50,852 nt of DNA from Candidatus Thorarchaeota archaeon (lineage in GTDB: Archaea > Asgardarchaeota > Thorarchaeia > Thorarchaeales > Thorarchaeaceae): contig JBHLRP010000022.1 in NCBI GenBank assembly GCA_048882485.1, positions 1-50,852 on the forward strand, in the 5' to 3' direction. A program made the position numbers and the translations under genes. Below the pieces are notes generated by a model, which saw only the letters and a list, made by a program, of their open reading frames with translations, was not told the origin of the DNA and ran no database searches. Position 1 is the first letter of the stretch. Each line of letters opens with the position of its first letter. Shown here piece by piece: positions 9,386 to 18,117 of this stretch.

Positions 9386-10675
9386 CTATTCACTCACATC
9401 AACGAGGGGTTGGCGTCCTTTTCCTTGGGGCGTAAGTGAAATCACCCTGTCGGCAGCCTCCTTTAGCTCTTCCATATGAGTCACAACTATAACTTGCTCA
9501 ACAGAATCAAGCCCCTGTACAGCCTCTGGTAGCCATCGTCTTCTCTGCGCATCCAATCCTGCACCAGGTTCATCCAAGATTATCACTCCTGGTGCGGGTC
9601 CCGCAATGGAATGCTTTTGTAGAGCAGTGTTCACTGCTACCCGAAGTGCAAAATTGACACACACATCTTCACCGCCTGATGCTGCTCTAAGTGATACGCG
9701 ATTGCCCCGCAAGTTGTATAGCGCAACATCGTAGCCATCATCAATGACAAAGTCGCTGTATCGGTCTCCAAATATCCTGAGGAATATCTCTCTAGCCTCA
9801 TGTCTGATGTGTGGTCTGAGCTGTTCCTCGGCGACTCCAGGAATTGAGTTCAGCAATTGCTTCAAGTGATTTGCAATGCTCGTATCATCCTGAAGCTCAT
9901 CCTTTCTTTCTGTCAGTTCAGGGGAGGCTAATTCCTCCTCTACCTTGGCGACTGAGTCCCTCACCTTCTGCACTAAAGTTTCCAGAGGCTCGATGGCGTC
10001 TGTATCGCTTGCACGCTCTCTCAAAGCATCCAAGGATGCAATAGCACTGTCAACCTCTGCAATAGTTGGAAGCCGGTCTTGTATCTCAATCAGCCTGGCA
10101 CGATTCTCCTCAATGGACCTGATCTCTTTCATCATCTCTCTCAGATGTTTCTGGACCTTCCCCTCAGTCTTGCTGTAGACTCCCAGCCCCATCATGTCAT
10201 AGAGATTTTCCTGTCTGTCCTTAGGAGATAGCCTTGACAACAAATCAATCTCTCCCTGCCTAACATATGTTAATGCTGCAAAGGCGTGTCGGTCCATTCC
10301 CAGCAAGGAGATTATTTCGGCATCAACTCGTTTTGCTCCACTCTCGACCGGGTCCTTTTCCTTCTCCATATAGAGGTCTGCACTAGTTCGTTTCGGATGG
10401 ATTACTCTGACGACACGATAGGTCCGTCGGTTTGTGGGTGCAACGAACTCAAGCTCAATGGTAGCTTTCTTCCGTCCATGCCGAATGAGTTCCTCAATCC
10501 CCTTGATTGTCTTCTCCTTTCTAGTGATTTGCCTGAACAATGCAAATTCAATTGCTTCCAAGATGGAAGTCTTTCCTGATCCGTTGGGTCCTACGATGGA
10601 TGTTGTGCCACGCATCAGTCTAAAGGTCTGATCATGAAAGACTTTGAAATCTTTGAGAGTGATGCTCTTTATCAT
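9386..10675 (-). CDS. rad50: Rad50/SbcC-like SMC-family ATPase with very short coiled coil and no zinc hook
   Basis: Walker A GPNGSGKTS, Q-loop YVRQGEI, signature ASGGE, Walker B ILDEP, H-loop VVTH; ATGA overlap with the mre11-like gene. Confidence 0.85.
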   Translation of the reverse strand: MIKSITLKDFKVFHDQTFRLMRGTTSIVGPNGSGKTSILEAIEFALFRQITRKEKTIKGIEELIRHGRKKATIELEFVAPTNRRTYRVVRVIHPKRTSADLYMEKEKDPVESGAKRVDAEIISLLGMDRHAFAALTYVRQGEIDLLSRLSPKDRQENLYDMMGLGVYSKTEGKVQKHLREMMKEIRSIEENRARLIEIQDRLPTIAEVDSAIASLDALRERASDTDAIEPLETLVQKVRDSVAKVEEELASPELTERKDELQDDTSIANHLKQLLNSIPGVAEEQLRPHIRHEAREIFLRIFGDRYSDFVIDDGYDVALYNLRGNRVSLRAASGGEDVCVNFALRVAVNTALQKHSIAGPAPGVIILDEPGAGLDAQRRRWLPEAVQGLDSVEQVIVVTHMEELKEAADRVISLTPQGKGRQPLVDVSE

Positions 10676-11751
10676 CCTGCTTCACTCCCAATGATTTTCA
10701 TGAGACCTCCAAGCAGCTTGGCAAGATCACCTTCACCAGTCTGTTCGACATAGTCTTCGATAGACTTCTCTACATTCAGCGGCTCAGAAAGTTTGATGGC
10801 TCTGGGTCCTAACGAGCTCCATCTGGGTTCAATATGAAAGAAGAGTGGCTTCAGTAGGTCCTCGCCGTATTTCAAGAGGTCTGCACGGTTCAGCTCATTC
10901 TCAGTTTCGGAGTCGATGAGCCCATCAACCTCCATGATTATAATCGGTTTGCCTTTCTTTGGCGAAAGCGCCTGTAGCCGATTGCGCATTACCTCTTCAG
11001 CCTCGGCTGGGCCCATCCCGGTTATGTTAATTCCAGTGAGATACTTGAATTCTCTCACATCATTCAGCGTTTCGGTCGTATACTCGTTTCCTGTGACACT
11101 CACATCTGCAACAATTAGCTTCTTTTTCCCACCCTGTTCACGACGCCAATCTACTATACAAGTTGAACCAGGTCGACCCATGTCTAGATCTTCATCCAAC
11201 CAGAAATTGTGCTTATGACCAATACCTACATAGTCGAAGTGAGAAGGTACAAGGTCTCGAGAGCTCGGGATATTATGCGCAAATAACAATGATGTGTTGT
11301 CCGAGGCTGGAATGTACTCAATGACTCCTTGGAGTTCTCGGGGGCGAGTCCAAGAAATCATATGAATGTCCACTGCTTCACCGTCAAACTTCTCAGTCGT
11401 TGAGAGGTGTGTTTCAGAGCCTGTGGAAACAATGAATCCCGCATTCTGCAGCGCTAGAACAGGACTCTGAGTTCGCCTGTAGCCATATGGGAGATCATGA
11501 TTCCCCTGGAGGACTATTGTGTAGACCTTGTCTTTGAGATTCTTGAAGAGATCCAGAGTAAAGTTGGCATCATCCCATGAAGGATATGGACTATCAAATA
11601 GGTCCCCTGTGTGCACTAGAATATCAGGTGAATGTCTCATCGCCATATCAACGGCTTTCTTTAGGCATTTTCGCGCATCTTCTCTACGCTCAACGAGCTG
11701 GAACTGTGAGCATCCCAGATGGGAATCTGAGATGTGGGCGATGCGCACCAT
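10672..11751 (-). CDS. mre11: Mre11/SbcD-family metallophosphoesterase nuclease
   Basis: Phosphoesterase motifs HISDSHLG, TGDLFD, GNHD, FAH and GHKH, plus a capping domain. Confidence 0.88.
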   Translation of the reverse strand: MVRIAHISDSHLGCSQFQLVERREDARKCLKKAVDMAMRHSPDILVHTGDLFDSPYPSWDDANFTLDLFKNLKDKVYTIVLQGNHDLPYGYRRTQSPVLALQNAGFIVSTGSETHLSTTEKFDGEAVDIHMISWTRPRELQGVIEYIPASDNTSLLFAHNIPSSRDLVPSHFDYVGIGHKHNFWLDEDLDMGRPGSTCIVDWRREQGGKKKLIVADVSVTGNEYTTETLNDVREFKYLTGINITGMGPAEAEEVMRNRLQALSPKKGKPIIIMEVDGLIDSETENELNRADLLKYGEDLLKPLFFHIEPRWSSLGPRAIKLSEPLNVEKSIEDYVEQTGEGDLAKLLGGLMKIIGSEAG

Positions 11752-11935
11752 TCCGATTTTCCCTCTACCTTGTCATTTTCAGGGCTGTTCCTACGGGTCT
11801 ATGCAGGTTCTCTGTCTGAGGACAAATTTGCATACTTGAATTTAGGTATTTCTTTGGAATTGGAATCTGAGTGATTTCTAGGTGCATAAATGCAACCAAT
11901 CCGATGGATTTACGATTAGATAATGAGTTGATTAT

Positions 11936-12622
11936 ATGTTAACTATTGCAGAAATCACAGTGCTCATGAGCTTCTCCACAATGATGCTCTCCTTAATCCT
12001 TAGTACTTACCTGATCACATTATGGCGAAATCAAGAAACCCGCCTCTTCACAGATCTGCCTCTAATGCTTGGTGTGATTTTCTTGGTGACGGTTTTTTCT
12101 CAACTGATGATGGTATTGGATCTATTGGGAATTGTAGAGCTCACAACTACTCTGTTTAGAGTCAGAGCTGGACTTGTCCTAGGAATGGCCCTTCCTATGC
12201 TAGGTGTCATGCTGGCGATATGGGCTCCACGAAAGGCCAAACATCATAGAAAGGCGGGATTCGGATTCTCTCTATATTGGATTGTTGCAGTGCTCCTGGG
12301 GCGCACCAGTGATGAGATTATGCTGCTTGTGATACCTCCGCTTCTGATACTTATGTTGGCTTGGCTTGTCACATTCACAATAACATGGATAACAGGACGA
12401 CTGAATGAGATTCGCAGTGACCTCATGGTCCTAGCGACAATTCTCTCCATAGCAAGTCAAACCGGGCGGCTAGCATTCACTAGTCTTGGTATGGGGTATT
12501 TGTCTGATATTCTTACAGCAATGGGTCTGGTGATCTATACCCTTGCTTTGACTAATCCCTGGTTCAATGATGATGTTGATATCTCTCCCACTGAATCACC
12601 CGCTGTGGGATTAGTGGCTTGA
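11936..12622 (+). CDS. Hypothetical 7-TM membrane protein
   Basis: Seven hydrophobic segments in 228 aa; no catalytic domain recognised. Confidence 0.75.
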   Translation: MLTIAEITVLMSFSTMMLSLILSTYLITLWRNQETRLFTDLPLMLGVIFLVTVFSQLMMVLDLLGIVELTTTLFRVRAGLVLGMALPMLGVMLAIWAPRKAKHHRKAGFGFSLYWIVAVLLGRTSDEIMLLVIPPLLILMLAWLVTFTITWITGRLNEIRSDLMVLATILSIASQTGRLAFTSLGMGYLSDILTAMGLVIYTLALTNPWFNDDVDISPTESPAVGLVA

Positions 12623-12643
12623 TACCTGGAGAAATAGAATGAT

Positions 12644-12668
12644 GGAGCCAGGAGTTGCACCTGGCTCC
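12644..12668. terminator. Hairpin between convergent genes
   Basis: Perfect 9-bp stem GGAGCCAGG-agttgca-CCTGGCTCC. Confidence 0.6.
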
Positions 12669-12676
12669 TTGAGGTT

Positions 12677-14233
12677 TCATGCAGCTTCTTCACACAGCTC
12701 TAGGACGCCTGCATCCATTGTAAGTGGTATTGGTTTTGCCTGAATGCTTCCTGTCAACCGGATCTTCTCTTCTACTGGTGAAGCTCTTAGCTTCCTTAAG
12801 ATAGTCGGGCCAATTCCACCCATCTCTCGGACGACTCTGAACTCTTCATTTATTGACTTCATGTGGTCTTCAAACGTATTCACAAACTCAACAACATCCA
12901 CTTCGTCATTTCTGAACAATGCGGCAATTGTGTAGTAGCCCTGACCGGTCTCTTGACCAACTTGACCTACGACTGAGTAATCAACAAGCTCGGCACCAGT
13001 CTTTCCGCAAGCCGCAGCCATTGACTTGATCACATGAGAGTCACTGATTTTCTCACCTGAGAGGTTAGAGATTTTTCCCTTTCGACCAATATGTCGGACG
13101 GTGTATGGATCCAAACTTATGAAAGTCATCATGTCGCCTAGGCGGTAGCGATAGTATCCTCCCAAGTTCGTGAGAACCATTTCATACCTGAACCCCTTCT
13201 TCACGTCAGATAGTGGAATGGTTTCTGGTGCATTCTTTTCCGCCTCATGTTCCGGGATGAATTCGAGATAGTTGATATTGGGAAGAATTTGGACACCTGG
13301 CTCCTCAAACATCTGGCTTGCATACCAGCCCTCTGAACTTGAGTACACCTCACAGAACTGCATGTTCGGGAGAGTCCTCTTCATCCAATCTCGGTAAGGG
13401 TCTGTATCAATACCTCCAGCAATCAGCTGTCGAAGGTTTGGCCAAAGCTCATTCAGGTCCAGTCTTCCATAATCATCCATGACTTGGCGGACTCTTTTTT
13501 CATACTTTGTTCCTTTCAGTCTGTCCACTAGCCATGGTCCGTATTCATCTTGCATCCTTCTCACGAAAGCGAGACAGAGGGTTGTTATTCCAATCAAGGC
13601 TGTGATATCATGCTTCACGGCGTACTCTGCATAGATCTTCAGCTTCTGGTCCATGTCCATGATATTGAAGACATCCTCGCCTGGTTTCAGCAATCGCTTG
13701 AAAATTGGATTCGCCATTCGAGGACTGACTCCACTGGCATAGCCCAGAGGAATTCCATTAATGCGGTCCAGCTCAGCCGCTGCGCCAAACATCAACATGG
13801 TTCCGTCGAGCACTTTGGCATTTTGCGAGTTCTGATTGACATAGGCCATCCATAGGAGTGTGCTTCCAGTGCCATAGTCTTTGTATCCTGTCTTGGTTAT
13901 GGGGAGCTTCTTTGGAGATCCGCTTGAACCAGAGGTCTGGATATACCAGAAAACTGGATCTGAGGTCAGAATCTTTCCGTTGGGATTCTCGTAGACCGTC
14001 TTCAGCCATGGCTCAAGAGAGTAATAATCAGAGAGCGGAACTCTTTCTTTGTATTCATCGGGAGTTCGAATCGAGTCAAACCCGTGTTTTCTTCCATAGA
14101 CTGTATCTTGATGGTGATTCAGAATGGACATGAGTTTCTCATCCATGACCTCCACAGGATTGTTGAGGATATGGTCGATCTCCCTCTGCTTTCTTGCTGC
14201 TATCTTTCTGAATAGATAACTCATGATCGACAT
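12677..14233 (-). CDS. GH3 family acyl-acid amido synthetase-like (ANL-type adenylating) protein
   Basis: GH3 motifs QTSGSSGSPKKLP, YSSSEG and GYYRYRLGD, plus LEFIP and GEKI. Start probably ATG 14233 or 14224, not 14299. Confidence 0.88.
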   Translation of the reverse strand: MSIMSYLFRKIAARKQREIDHILNNPVEVMDEKLMSILNHHQDTVYGRKHGFDSIRTPDEYKERVPLSDYYSLEPWLKTVYENPNGKILTSDPVFWYIQTSGSSGSPKKLPITKTGYKDYGTGSTLLWMAYVNQNSQNAKVLDGTMLMFGAAAELDRINGIPLGYASGVSPRMANPIFKRLLKPGEDVFNIMDMDQKLKIYAEYAVKHDITALIGITTLCLAFVRRMQDEYGPWLVDRLKGTKYEKRVRQVMDDYGRLDLNELWPNLRQLIAGGIDTDPYRDWMKRTLPNMQFCEVYSSSEGWYASQMFEEPGVQILPNINYLEFIPEHEAEKNAPETIPLSDVKKGFRYEMVLTNLGGYYRYRLGDMMTFISLDPYTVRHIGRKGKISNLSGEKISDSHVIKSMAAACGKTGAELVDYSVVGQVGQETGQGYYTIAALFRNDEVDVVEFVNTFEDHMKSINEEFRVVREMGGIGPTILRKLRASPVEEKIRLTGSIQAKPIPLTMDAGVLELCEEAA

Positions 14234-14766
14234 CTGCTTTTTCTGCCTCCCACAGTAGGGATTGCTAATTCCCTTACTGCTACCATCTATCGTGGACAAA
14301 CTATGTGATGTGTTATTGGCCAGCCTTTGATTGGAAACAAGACCTGTGCTTGAATCGTTTTTGTCGGCTATGAACGCTACCGAGAATGGTTTATTGTGAA
14401 ATAGCGGCTCTATTTTACGAACGGGGCAATATGAGAGGATTTACGTTTGCTAAATTGTGGAAACCTGCAACCATGGCAGATCGAAAGGTGCGGTTTATTC
14501 CAGCTTGTTCAAAACACCTTTTCTGGCAATCACATTCAGCGAAAGTATTCAGGCAATACAGTTAACATGCATAAATGTCACAAAAGGGCTTTGATAAAAC
14601 AGCAATAAGGTGCTTTTTGGGAACAAAGGGGCTCTTAAATCGTCTATTTCTCTTTGGGAAGAGTTTTCAACCCTCTGGTTTCTGCGCTTCGCAGATATGA
14701 AGGTTAAGCTGTCAATGAAGGAATCGCTTTGAACCAATTTGCAGTTGGTTTTGTTAGGGTGTTGAT

Positions 14767-15519
14767 GTGATGATCACACAACTTCAAGAGCAGCTGTCAA
14801 TTGCATGTGAGAAGAAAAGCAGAGGCCTAGTCGAGGTGACTTTGCCACTGCAGGTCATGTTCAATAATCGAGACTGGAACATCGTCAAAGCACGGATTAG
14901 ATACACCGGCCCTGAGCGTGATGCTTGGCTCATCTTAATCGTCGGCCTTCGCAGTGATATTCTGTCGACATTTGATCGTTTTGAGGAGGACATTCCAGGC
15001 AGATACTTACCTTGTGATCTTCTTGGTCTTGTACCAGCTATCTCTCTCATGGCATCCTCATATAACAAGGGGCTAGCCGTGAGCGCGATTGCCCGAGATG
15101 ATGTCACCCGCCTGATCCTAGTGTTTGAGGGACAATCGAATAGAAGTGGCGGGTCTCTCAGGACTCTATCTACTTCCATCTGCAACTTCATGAAGAAGTG
15201 GGAGTCTTGGGTTGACGTACTGCTAGGGACGCTGAAGAGGGATCCGGTTATAGGTGATTGGAACACAGACATCCGAGAGTTTCTGGCCGGCGAGTCGGGC
15301 TATATTACGATGCCTTGGCACACTCCTATGTCTTATGCTGATCGCGCAGCATGCTTGGAGAGGATTGTTCTCGCATCAAATGCTCTGATGAGTTCAGTTC
15401 TTGGCAATGGTCAGCTGGTCGACCCGATGGTTGTTGGCTTGAGAGAGTGGCTGAATGAACTGAGAGCACTCCCCGAGGTTGTCAGCGGAATTAAGGTTGG
15501 AGAGGAGGTTCCGATATAA
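14767..15519 (+). CDS. Hypothetical protein, first gene of the recombination/membrane operon
   Basis: 250-aa ORF; TAATG coupling to the next gene, with GAGGAGGT RBS inside its 3' end. Confidence 0.75.
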   Translation: MMITQLQEQLSIACEKKSRGLVEVTLPLQVMFNNRDWNIVKARIRYTGPERDAWLILIVGLRSDILSTFDRFEEDIPGRYLPCDLLGLVPAISLMASSYNKGLAVSAIARDDVTRLILVFEGQSNRSGGSLRTLSTSICNFMKKWESWVDVLLGTLKRDPVIGDWNTDIREFLAGESGYITMPWHTPMSYADRAACLERIVLASNALMSSVLGNGQLVDPMVVGLREWLNELRALPEVVSGIKVGEEVPI

Positions 15520-15986
15520 TGCTTACAGATGAAGTACTGAAGAGGCATGCAATTTCTCCTGTGGACTTGCCCAGTGCGGCTTGGCTTGCGGGAGCTGCTG
15601 CAGGACTGGAGGTCAATAGTCATAGGAGTCCGCAGTGGTTGTGGGAGCCGTTTATTGAGGACTTGTTGGACCTATTGGTTCATCATGGCAATATTGAGCC
15701 AGCCGAACCGGGCACAAGCCCCAAGTTTGGTGATGGTGCAATAGGGTCTGCATATGATGCGTTGGGAGGGTATGTATCTATCAGTGGTGAATTCTGTCCT
15801 GAAGGTCTCTACTTCAAAGTGCCATTGAAGCGACAGGAAGCAGTGGCTAGATTGCTATCACCCAGTCATGCTTACATTTCTAGCGGTGAGATAGTGATTC
15901 CACCCCATGAGATTCCAGCGTTTCTCAGACTAGTCCCGATTCATGGTCCATTATCTGACACAATCGTTGAGGAGGCGTTGGTATGA
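15519..15986 (+). CDS. Hypothetical protein (possible degenerate LAGLIDADG-like fold)
   Basis: 155-aa ORF coupled on both sides (TAATG, ATGA); the family guess is weak. Confidence 0.7.
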   Translation: MLTDEVLKRHAISPVDLPSAAWLAGAAAGLEVNSHRSPQWLWEPFIEDLLDLLVHHGNIEPAEPGTSPKFGDGAIGSAYDALGGYVSISGEFCPEGLYFKVPLKRQEAVARLLSPSHAYISSGEIVIPPHEIPAFLRLVPIHGPLSDTIVEEALV

Positions 15987-17050
15987 CTGAGTTGGAAGGA
16001 GTGACTGGTGTTGGACCTGCTGCGGCAAAGAAGCTGAGGGAGGCATTTGTTACAACAGCTGAGTTGCTGGCAGTTCAGAATCCTGTTGAGCTGCAAAAGA
16101 AAACAAAGCTCGGGGAAGGCACTGTTGAAAAAATCATTCGAAACGCCAGAATCCTCCTGGGCATGCATGGCTTCAAGTCTGGCCTTGAGGTGGAGAAAGA
16201 GATGGAGTCCAAGTCCCGCCTCAAGACGGGCATTGAGAAAATGGACGAAGCACTCTTTGGAGGAATCGAAGTTGGCTCTATCGTTGAGTGTTATGGCCCT
16301 GCAAGAGGTGGGAAGACGCAATTTAGTGCGCATTTGGCAGTCCGTGCACAACTCCCGAGAGACCAAGGGGGCCTTGAAGGCAGAGTATTGTGGTTGGACA
16401 GCGAGTCATCATTCAAGCCCTATACTATCAGAGCCAATGCCATTCGATGGGGTCTTGATCCTGACATTACATTAGGCAATATAGGACGTGCAGAGGTCTT
16501 CCTCTCTGATCAGATTCAGGAGATATTCGAGTCCATTCCCCAACTCTGCAGCGAGCAAGACTATGTCTTGGTTGTCATTGACTCATTCACCGGGCTCTTC
16601 CGTGCGGAGTACACAGGTCTCGAATCCCTGAGAATCCGTCAGCAGGAGATGAATGCGCTTTTAAACCAAATGAGAAGGACCGCGAAGGCCACGGACGCTA
16701 TCTTTGTCTACACGAATCAAGTGATGTCTAAGATAAGCACCTACGGGGGGTATGATAATGCTCCAATAGGTGGCCATATACTCTCTCATGCTAGTGATTA
16801 CAGATTCTACACACGTAGGACAAAGGACGACAAACGAAAGCTACAACTGATAGACAATGCAGGGCTTCCTGAGTTCGATGTAGAGATGGTTGTGGGTTGG
16901 GGTGGAATGTATCCAGACTCAAAGAGCAAGAAGGAGAGCGAACCAGAGATTCTCGACTACTTTGAGAAACAGGGCGTCACTGAAGAGGAGACTGAGATTG
17001 AACTCGAGGAGGCTGAGGCGCCGCAGGCTAAGGCAGGTGAAGCTGGGTGA
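15983..17050 (+). CDS. radA: Full-length RadA/Rad51-like recombinase (divergent paralog)
   Basis: N-terminal HhH domain (GVGPAAAKKLREA), Walker A GPARGGKT, Walker B LVVIDS, FRAEY..G...RQQ, TNQV, PIGGHILSHA, acidic tail. Confidence 0.9.
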   Translation: MTELEGVTGVGPAAAKKLREAFVTTAELLAVQNPVELQKKTKLGEGTVEKIIRNARILLGMHGFKSGLEVEKEMESKSRLKTGIEKMDEALFGGIEVGSIVECYGPARGGKTQFSAHLAVRAQLPRDQGGLEGRVLWLDSESSFKPYTIRANAIRWGLDPDITLGNIGRAEVFLSDQIQEIFESIPQLCSEQDYVLVVIDSFTGLFRAEYTGLESLRIRQQEMNALLNQMRRTAKATDAIFVYTNQVMSKISTYGGYDNAPIGGHILSHASDYRFYTRRTKDDKRKLQLIDNAGLPEFDVEMVVGWGGMYPDSKSKKESEPEILDYFEKQGVTEEETEIELEEAEAPQAKAGEAG

Positions 17051-17490
17051 CCTCGGAGCGAGGAATGTTCAGAGTCTACCAGTGCCCCAGTTGCACCAAC
17101 ATAGGATACACAGCTGTCGAGAATGAGCAAGAGGAGTCAAGATGCAGCCTATGCAGGAGTCTGATTCTTCATGCACCTGGAACAATCTATGCAGTTACGA
17201 TTCAAGAAGCCCAAGCGAGTGTCCGTGAGCTTGTGATAGAATTGCGCCAGAATGCCAAACCCCGAGGGGGAGGGAGAGGCTTGGGCATTAAAAGGCGTGT
17301 CTACTATATCGTTGAAGCGCTAGTTGACCTCAACAGAGGGCGACCAGTTTCGATTGAAGATGTCATGAGAGAATGCAGCGATGCAGGCATCGATATCTCA
17401 CGTGCAATGACGTTCCTTGACTCCCTCGTTTCAGAGGGCGAGGTAATCAAGAACGGTGTGCTAGTCACCATTCCAATGGAGGCGTGGTAG
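17047..17490 (+). CDS. Zinc-ribbon plus winged-helix protein
   Basis: CPSC...CSLC at the N-terminus; C-terminal GRPVSIEDVMREC..AGI.....FLDSLVSEGEVI wHTH pattern; GTGA overlap with radA. Confidence 0.8.
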   Translation: MTSERGMFRVYQCPSCTNIGYTAVENEQEESRCSLCRSLILHAPGTIYAVTIQEAQASVRELVIELRQNAKPRGGGRGLGIKRRVYYIVEALVDLNRGRPVSIEDVMRECSDAGIDISRAMTFLDSLVSEGEVIKNGVLVTIPMEAW

Positions 17491-18117
17491 TTGACGGGTA
17501 TCGAGTCAGAGAGCAACTACGTCTGGGTTCCGCGAGCCCCACCAACTGTCGCAAATAACACAATGATCAATCTCGTGAATCTTCTCATGAGGGAAACGTC
17601 ACATCGAGTGACCGTCCTGGAGAAATGTGTAGGTCCAAATCCTGAGATCTATGTCGTCACTAGAGTCGAATGGAGAACCCCTGACCTCAGTAAACCGGTG
17701 CTGCCGCAACTTCCGAGACTGCTTTCTCTCCTTGAAACATTGAGAGGGACACAGGGAGTCCCTCATGAGATACATCTGGACAGCACTGAGGGAATTGCCG
17801 TCTATCTACCAACAGGAGTGAGAGTATCACAGTTGCCCAGCAAACCAAAGGAGGCAGTGCAATCTCTCACTGACCTAATTGAAAGCTCAGTAAGTCACAT
17901 GTACTCCACTAAGCGAGAGGTTGAAGCTTGGTTCTGGAAGATAGCTCGCCAGAAAGGGTTCAGTCCAGTGATTGTGGAGCGAATGGCAAACAAGGAAATA
18001 GGGTACAAATCGCCTTCATTGATGTGGCAGTTCCATCAGCTTCTGCGGAAGTACTTCTCTCTACGGTTCAGAATCCACACGAGTGAGTCCTGTCTACATC
18101 TGGAGGCTGATTATTGA
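17491..18117 (+). CDS. Hypothetical protein
   Basis: 208-aa ORF whose TTG abuts the previous stop, with GGAGG RBS; TTGA overlap with the next gene. Confidence 0.75.
   Translation: MTGIESESNYVWVPRAPPTVANNTMINLVNLLMRETSHRVTVLEKCVGPNPEIYVVTRVEWRTPDLSKPVLPQLPRLLSLLETLRGTQGVPHEIHLDSTEGIAVYLPTGVRVSQLPSKPKEAVQSLTDLIESSVSHMYSTKREVEAWFWKIARQKGFSPVIVERMANKEIGYKSPSLMWQFHQLLRKYFSLRFRIHTSESCLHLEADY

Noticed and set aside
9386-11751. Wadjet/condensin-type SMC system
   Set aside because: No hinge domain or kleisin/KITE genes; the partner is an Mre11/SbcD phosphoesterase.
11936-12622. 7-TM protein as a rhodopsin
   Set aside because: Helix 7 (LSDILTAMG) has no retinal-binding Lys.
14549-14737. 62-aa - strand ORF in the long intergenic region
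   Set aside because: No RBS, motif or compositional support; TTG start; more likely promoter DNA.
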